Assembly: GCA_002507425.1 (NCBI GenBank) | Contig: DAZU01000114.1 | Coordinates: forward strand, 701 to 44,478 | Source of the DNA: Euryarchaeota archaeon UBA53 | Lineage (GTDB): Archaea > Thermoplasmatota > Poseidoniia > Poseidoniales > Poseidoniaceae | Length of the DNA: 43,778 nucleotides | Direction of reading: 5' to 3' | Part shown: piece after piece, positions 42,749 through 43,778 of the stretch | Numbering within the stretch: the first letter of the stretch is position 1 | Layout of the letters: each line of letters begins with the position of its first letter | Made by a program: the position numbers and the translations under genes | The notes under the pieces: generated by a model | The model's input: the letters and a program-made list of their open reading frames with translations, nothing else | The model's database searches: none | Told to the model about the DNA's origin: nothing

Positions 42749-43762
42749 ATGGCCCGCGCCACGGTATTATTCATGGCCGAGCGTAAATTGCTTTCACCTG
42801 CTCAGGCTAAAGAGGTCGAGGAACACCTTTTCTCAACTCTTCGACAGCAAGCAGGTAGAAGTGTCCCAATGCCTCTACCCCGAACTGAATTTTGGGATAA
42901 CATTGGACTTTTATTGGACACGATTGAAATGGAGATTCACGAAGTCTACCGAACTGTCGGACCATCTCTAAAATTACAGACGCTCCAGAAAAGACAAGCA
43001 AATATCCGCAGAACAGCATCCGAATTGGCGAGGAAGCGAATAGTTGCTTTAGTCCAGCACTCTGCAAGTATTGCACTTAGATCTGAAGGGGGAACACAAG
43101 GACAAGATCTAGCTAGTCTAGATTGGTCTCGTCATGACCCATCAGAAAGGGAATTCTATGCAAACGCAACTGAACAACTAAACAAATTCAAACACAGTGT
43201 TAACTGGAATGGCATACAAATGGGGTTGGCTATTGAGGAGTTAACAGAGTCCCTAATCGTCGCACCGGGGACAACACAACTAGACTCGTACACTGACCAA
43301 AAAGGGGGGCTTACCGGTAGTGGACCTCCGCTAATAGCCCTTGAGGACAACGAGGAACCACTAATCGATCCAGAAATAGATGAGGAGGAAATTTTAGCAA
43401 AAACAGATGAGTTTCCTGAGTTGGGTGCTTCTGTGGAACGAATTGAGAATAACCCTGTTGAGAATTCAGACGTAGAAATCCATGCGGCAACAATGGAGTT
43501 AGCTCCCTCAAGAAAGAAGAAGGAAATGGATTTTGACGCTTGGGCAGAATCCGAAATTGCTGACACTGAGACACACAACGAAGCGTCTGAGAGTGAAAGT
43601 CAAGGAGATTTATTGAGGGTTCGTATACTCAAAACAATGGATGAACCAATCATAACCAGCGATGGAGAGATTGAATTGGGAGCGGGAGATGTGTTATTCC
43701 TTGACAGAATGACAGCAGATTACTTGATTGAATCTGGATTTGCTGAGGATGCCACCATATAG
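42749..43762 (+). CDS. GINS-like replication factor subunit (Gins51-type order, A then B domain) with ~100-aa acidic insertion
   Basis: The N-terminus PLPRTEFWDNIGLLLDTIE ... ELARKRIVALVQHSA resembles the GINS A domain (L-x-dFy ... R-x-KI). The C-terminus LRVRILKTMDEPIITSDGEIELGAGDVLFLDRMTADYLIESGFAE resembles the B domain (V-x-v-x-d-x-p-x-x-G-x-D ... GD-x-x-x-lP-x-x-A-x-x-Li). The assignment is by eye only. Confidence 0.45.
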   Translation: MARATVLFMAERKLLSPAQAKEVEEHLFSTLRQQAGRSVPMPLPRTEFWDNIGLLLDTIEMEIHEVYRTVGPSLKLQTLQKRQANIRRTASELARKRIVALVQHSASIALRSEGGTQGQDLASLDWSRHDPSEREFYANATEQLNKFKHSVNWNGIQMGLAIEELTESLIVAPGTTQLDSYTDQKGGLTGSGPPLIALEDNEEPLIDPEIDEEEILAKTDEFPELGASVERIENNPVENSDVEIHAATMELAPSRKKKEMDFDAWAESEIADTETHNEASESESQGDLLRVRILKTMDEPIITSDGEIELGAGDVLFLDRMTADYLIESGFAEDATI

Positions 43763-43778
43763 AGTATAACACTAACAC

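Overview
This is a dense, almost entirely coding archaeal chromosomal segment with about 36 protein genes and 3 tRNA genes, roughly 40-45% GC by eye.

**Identity.** The gene content is archaeal: a thermosome, the classic L7Ae-S28e-L24e-Ndk-aIF5B block, deoxyhypusine synthase, a GINS-like subunit and an archaetidylserine-synthase-like CDP-alcohol transferase. It also carries a bacterial-type DnaK, surface-tethered and cytosolic peptidases, and several very large, sequon-rich surface proteins anchored at the C-terminus, with thrombospondin-type-3 and Asp-box repeats. That mix suggests a planktonic heterotrophic euryarchaeote of the Marine Group II / Poseidoniales kind. This is inference only.

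**What is absent.** I found no CRISPR array, transposase, integrase, toxin-antitoxin pair, recognisable defence gene or rRNA. The window reads as core genome, so the novelty candidates are architectural rather than a clear new island.

**Main leads:**
1. A SpeH-like pyruvoyl decarboxylase domain is fused in-frame to deoxyhypusine synthase and tightly coupled to an agmatinase-family gene.
2. A Met-rich, hyper-acidic alpha-crystallin-like protein ending in I-P-I sits where grpE normally precedes dnaK. dnaK has no grpE or dnaJ beside it.
3. A Soj/ParA ATPase is followed by a ribbon-helix-helix protein and an 86-aa unknown (SegAB-like, no ParB), with an exact 11-bp direct repeat at the junction.
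4. An 864-aa internally repetitive coiled-coil protein lies directly upstream of a propeller plus thrombospondin-type-3 membrane protein with a long acidic, Trp-tipped cytoplasmic tail.
5. A P1B metal ATPase / ArsR-type / triple zinc-ribbon operon has a 7-3-7 inverted repeat at its 5' end.

**Limits.** All functional calls rest on by-eye motif recognition, and no database search or folding was possible. Many ORF-track starts are TTG/GTG extensions. I give my preferred start and note the alternatives.
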